A DNA stretch of 29,583 nucleotides from contig DATDWI010000058.1 in NCBI GenBank assembly GCA_036517415.1, forward strand, positions 1 through 29,583, read 5' to 3'. The notes beneath the pieces are model-generated. The model was not told the DNA's origin, ran no database searches, and saw nothing but the letters and a program-made list of their open reading frames with translations. Every line of letters starts with the position of its first letter. Within the stretch, counting starts at the first letter, position 1. The translations under genes and the position numbers were made by a program. This DNA is from Minisyncoccota bacterium. GTDB lineage: Bacteria; Patescibacteriota; Minisyncoccia; UBA11713; 2-01-FULL-45-33. Of the stretch, positions 26,522-29,583 are shown in pieces.

Positions 26522-27898
26522 CTATTCAAAGGTTTTGTCAAGCGTGGTAAAACTTGTATTTTCGGGGCTGAAGTAAAGCGCGATTTTGCCCAAGGGTCCG
26601 TTGCGATGCTTGGCAATAATAATATCGGCTTGGTTGTGGCGGTCGGAATTTTCTTTGACTCGATCTTCACGATAAATAAACAAAACAAGATCGGCATCTT
26701 GCTCAATGGACCCGGAATCGCGAAGATCGGACAATATGGGCTTTTTATCTGGTCTCCCTTCAACGGCCCGATTCAGTTGAGAAATGGCAAGTACCGGGAC
26801 ATTCAACTCGCGCGAAAGCGCCTTGAGAGATCGGGAAATTTCGGTAATCTGCTGAACCATATTGTCGGTCTGCATGCGTGGGACCATAAGCTGAAGATAA
26901 TCGACAATCAAAAGCCCGAGACCTTTTTCTACTTGAAGCCGCCGCGCTTTTGCCCGCATTTGAAGGATATTTATTGACGCCTCATCATCAATATAGAGTG
27001 GGGCTTTCGAGAGCCGCTCCATTGCATCGCGAATTTGTGCAAAATCCTCGCTTTCGGGTGAAAGACGTCCCGTGCGGAGCTTCCAGAGATCCACATGTGA
27101 CTCTGCAGCTAAAAGACGGTCAATAAGTTGTTCACCGGACATTTCAAGTGAAAAAATCCCAACCGGAATATTCTCTTCAATGGCGACGTGCCGCGCAATA
27201 TCAAGCGCAAAAGAAGTTTTCCCTAACGATGGACGAGCGGCAAGAATAATGAGGTCTGATTTTTGTAATCCCGCAGTAAGATAATCCAAATCGCGAAACC
27301 CTGTCGGCACGCCGCGGAGCTCCCCGGTTCCTTTGTGGAGACGATCAATGCGTTCCCACGCTTCCTCGAGGGCTTTGGACACCGGAGTAAAACCTTTCAC
27401 CAGCGAGTGCTGAGCGATGGCAAAAACTTTTTTTTCCGCCTCATCGAGCAGTTGATTAACATCGTCTTCTTCTTGATATCCGAGTTGGGAAATTTCGTGG
27501 GAGATGCTGATGAGGTCGCGGAGAATTTTTTTCTTACGGACGATTTCTGCATAGTACCCGGCGCTCGATGCCGTCGGAACGCTATTGACAAGGTTCGTCA
27601 GATAGCTGCTGCCACCGGCTTCGTTGAGCTGCCCGTGTTCTTGAAGAACACTGGAAACAGAGAGAATGTCGATTGGTTTTTGGTGTGCAAATAACTCCAG
27701 CATCGCCTCATAAATGAAGCGATGCTCGTTTTTATAAAAATCATTTTTCCCGACGGTGTCCGCCACACGATCCATCATGGCGCCGTCGAGCAACAAGGAA
27801 CCCAAAAGAGAAATTTCCGCATCAATATTATGCGGCGGCATACGAACTGATGAAGGGAACGAGGTTATGGGTCCTTTGTGCTGGGCGCCGTGTTCCAT
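26522..27898 (-). CDS. dnaB: Replicative DNA helicase
   Basis: PPHNIDAE, AARPSLGKT, FSLEMS, VDYLQLM, SQLNR, LRDSGSIEQDAD, KHRNGP; no intein apparent at 458 aa. Confidence 0.98.
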   Translation of the reverse strand: MEHGAQHKGPITSFPSSVRMPPHNIDAEISLLGSLLLDGAMMDRVADTVGKNDFYKNEHRFIYEAMLELFAHQKPIDILSVSSVLQEHGQLNEAGGSSYLTNLVNSVPTASSAGYYAEIVRKKKILRDLISISHEISQLGYQEEDDVNQLLDEAEKKVFAIAQHSLVKGFTPVSKALEEAWERIDRLHKGTGELRGVPTGFRDLDYLTAGLQKSDLIILAARPSLGKTSFALDIARHVAIEENIPVGIFSLEMSGEQLIDRLLAAESHVDLWKLRTGRLSPESEDFAQIRDAMERLSKAPLYIDDEASINILQMRAKARRLQVEKGLGLLIVDYLQLMVPRMQTDNMVQQITEISRSLKALSRELNVPVLAISQLNRAVEGRPDKKPILSDLRDSGSIEQDADLVLFIYREDRVKENSDRHNQADIIIAKHRNGPLGKIALYFSPENTSFTTLDKTFE

Positions 27899-27906
27899 AT
27901 AGTTTT

Positions 27907-27935
27907 AGTGTAGATGGTTTTCATGTATGCCGCAA
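27907..27935 (-). promoter_or_regulatory. Promoter for dnaB-recR
   Basis: TTGCGG (27935-27930), 17 bp, TACACT (27912-27907); ATG at 27898. Confidence 0.55.
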
Positions 27936-27993
27936 TGTCATATGGGTATAAGGTTGGGTAAAGTGGGTAAAGAATGTGTATTAAATTATTGGT

Positions 27994-29406
27994 TTAGCGT
28001 TTTAATCGAGGACCTGCGGCAGTGTCCTCGATTTCCCAACCGAGGGAGCGGATGTTGGTGCGAATTTTGTCTGCTTTGACAAAATCACGCGCGGCGCGCG
28101 CTGCCTCACGTTTCGTAAGCAGCTTTTGAAGAATGGGTGGAGCTTTCTCTCGTTTTTGTTTTTTCAAGCCAAGCCCTAATACCAAATCCCAATCGTATAG
28201 TGTCTGTAAAACCTCGTTTGCGTAAAACTTTTCAGGGGTTTTATAGTATTCATGAATACATTCCCACAATATCCCGAGCGCCTTTGGTATGTTCAGATCA
28301 TCGTTTATCGCGTTGTCAAATTGTTTTTGAAAGCGCGTTAACTGACGGTCGCCCATCTTTTGATTCTTAGAAATCTTGCCTCCTTGGCGTATTGTGGAGC
28401 GGAGTTGGTGCACAAAATCGTAGATCCGCTCAAGCGATTGCAAATTTGCCGCGAACCCCTCCCAGGTAAAATTAAGCGGCGAGCGGTAATGCGCGCCAAG
28501 AACACCGTAACGAAAAGCGGTCGGCGTTATGTTCTCTGCTTCGATGTCCCGTAAGGTAAAAATATTTCTCAAAGATTTCGACATTTTCTGCCCAGCAACT
28601 ACAAGGTGTTCGCCATGAAGCCAGTAGCGCACAAATTGTTTTTTCGCTGCCGCTTCTGCTTGTGCGATTTCATTTTCGTGGTGAGGAAAGAGCAAATCCA
28701 CGCCGCCTGCATGAATATCAATTGGCTGGCCAAGATACTTAACTGCCATCGTGGAGCATTCAATATGCCATCCCGGGCGGCCTTTGCCAAACGGTGACTG
28801 CCAAAACGGTTCATTTCCTTTTCGCGCTTTCCAGAGCGCAAAATCACGTGCCTCATCTTTGGTATATTCATCGTTGTCTATGCGCCCGCACCCTATGTTC
28901 GCATCAGCGTTATGTTCGAGAGAATCCCGCGCAACCCGCGCAAGTTTGCCATAGCGAGCAAACGCCGAAATGTGAAAATATACTGAATCGTCGCGAATAT
29001 AAGCAAATTTCTTTTTGATGAGAACATGAATGACCGAGATCATATTGTGAATATGGTCTGTTGCACGCACAAAATGAGAAGGGGAGAGGATGTTGAGTTT
29101 TTGCAAATCTTCGCGGAATGTCTCTTCGTACATGCGAGTAAATGCGGAAAGCGTCATGTGAGATTTTCGGGCCCCAAGAATAGTTTTGTCGTCAACATCA
29201 GTAATATTCATTACGTGACGTACATTATAGCCCGCACGGATTAGTACGCGCTTGAGAATGTCCTCAAAGATAAATGTGCGGAGATTTCCAATATGCGCAT
29301 AGTCATATACCGTCGGCCCGCAGGCATAGAACGTTACGTTTTTCTTGCGCAACGGCCGAAAGATCTCCTTTTTCCTCGTCATCGTATTAAATAATCGAAT
29401 AGTCAT
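27994..29406 (-). CDS. cysS: Cysteine--tRNA ligase
   Basis: CGPTVYDYAHIGN, GRPGWHIECS, HHENE, KMSKS; extended -10 TGGCATAAT at 29423-29415. Confidence 0.98.
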   Translation of the reverse strand: MTIRLFNTMTRKKEIFRPLRKKNVTFYACGPTVYDYAHIGNLRTFIFEDILKRVLIRAGYNVRHVMNITDVDDKTILGARKSHMTLSAFTRMYEETFREDLQKLNILSPSHFVRATDHIHNMISVIHVLIKKKFAYIRDDSVYFHISAFARYGKLARVARDSLEHNADANIGCGRIDNDEYTKDEARDFALWKARKGNEPFWQSPFGKGRPGWHIECSTMAVKYLGQPIDIHAGGVDLLFPHHENEIAQAEAAAKKQFVRYWLHGEHLVVAGQKMSKSLRNIFTLRDIEAENITPTAFRYGVLGAHYRSPLNFTWEGFAANLQSLERIYDFVHQLRSTIRQGGKISKNQKMGDRQLTRFQKQFDNAINDDLNIPKALGILWECIHEYYKTPEKFYANEVLQTLYDWDLVLGLGLKKQKREKAPPILQKLLTKREAARAARDFVKADKIRTNIRSLGWEIEDTAAGPRLKR

Positions 29407-29583
29407 TGCTTATTATTATGCCACAGCCCAGCGTCACCATACCTCCGCATTAGATAATAATTAAGTGTTACCGAAGTCCTTACTCTGCGCGACTGACTTT
29501 TTCGCATATAATGTGCGAAGAAGGCGGTCGCTTTTTTGTTTCAATACTCTTGGATTCAGTGTAGCATATTTGGCTCGAAGTTG

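Noticed and set aside
28894-28918. 8-bp direct repeat TATGTTCG in cysS around HNADANI
   Set aside because: Could be another small insert, but a single short repeat is within chance and the region varies among CysRS.
29407-29560. T-box leader for cysS
   Set aside because: No convincing T-box motif and no - strand terminator before the start; cysS has its own proximal extended -10.
1-29583. Numerous 60-180-aa ORFs antisense or out of frame to identified genes (e.g. 10765-11307, 13155-13598, 26131-26550)
   Set aside because: Shadow ORFs of well-supported genes, with no recognisable motifs or start signals.

Overview
Bacterial chromosomal segment, most consistent with a Parcubacteria/Patescibacteria (CPR) genome using code 11. 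This is inferred from gene order (rpsP-khpA-trmD without rimM; mraZ-rsmH-ftsL-like-ftsI-murF), shortened MreC/PBP2, scarce Shine-Dalgarno sites and near-leaderless promoters. Positions 725-25467 are all + strand: pcm, mltG, rpsP, khpA, trmD, an accessory block, proS, mreB, a Dam-family methylase plus putative endonuclease, mreC, mreD-like, PBP2, greA, lysS, NYN, C39-like peptidase, dcw genes, tRNA-Glu, rmuC and rplU. A HIT gene at the left end and cysS-dnaB-recR-orphan at the right end are on the - strand. No CRISPR array or transposase was seen. The most notable signals are: (i) short palindromes and 7-nt tandem repeats lying in frame inside several genes (pcm, trmD, recR, a membrane protein); (ii) a promoter plus terminator predicting a ~38-nt RNA converging on the NYN nuclease gene; (iii) a co-oriented DnaA-box cluster upstream of mraZ; (iv) a two-state foldable element after tRNA-Glu; (v) an R-M-like pair splitting mreB from mreC. 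All family assignments are from motif recognition by eye; no database searches were run.
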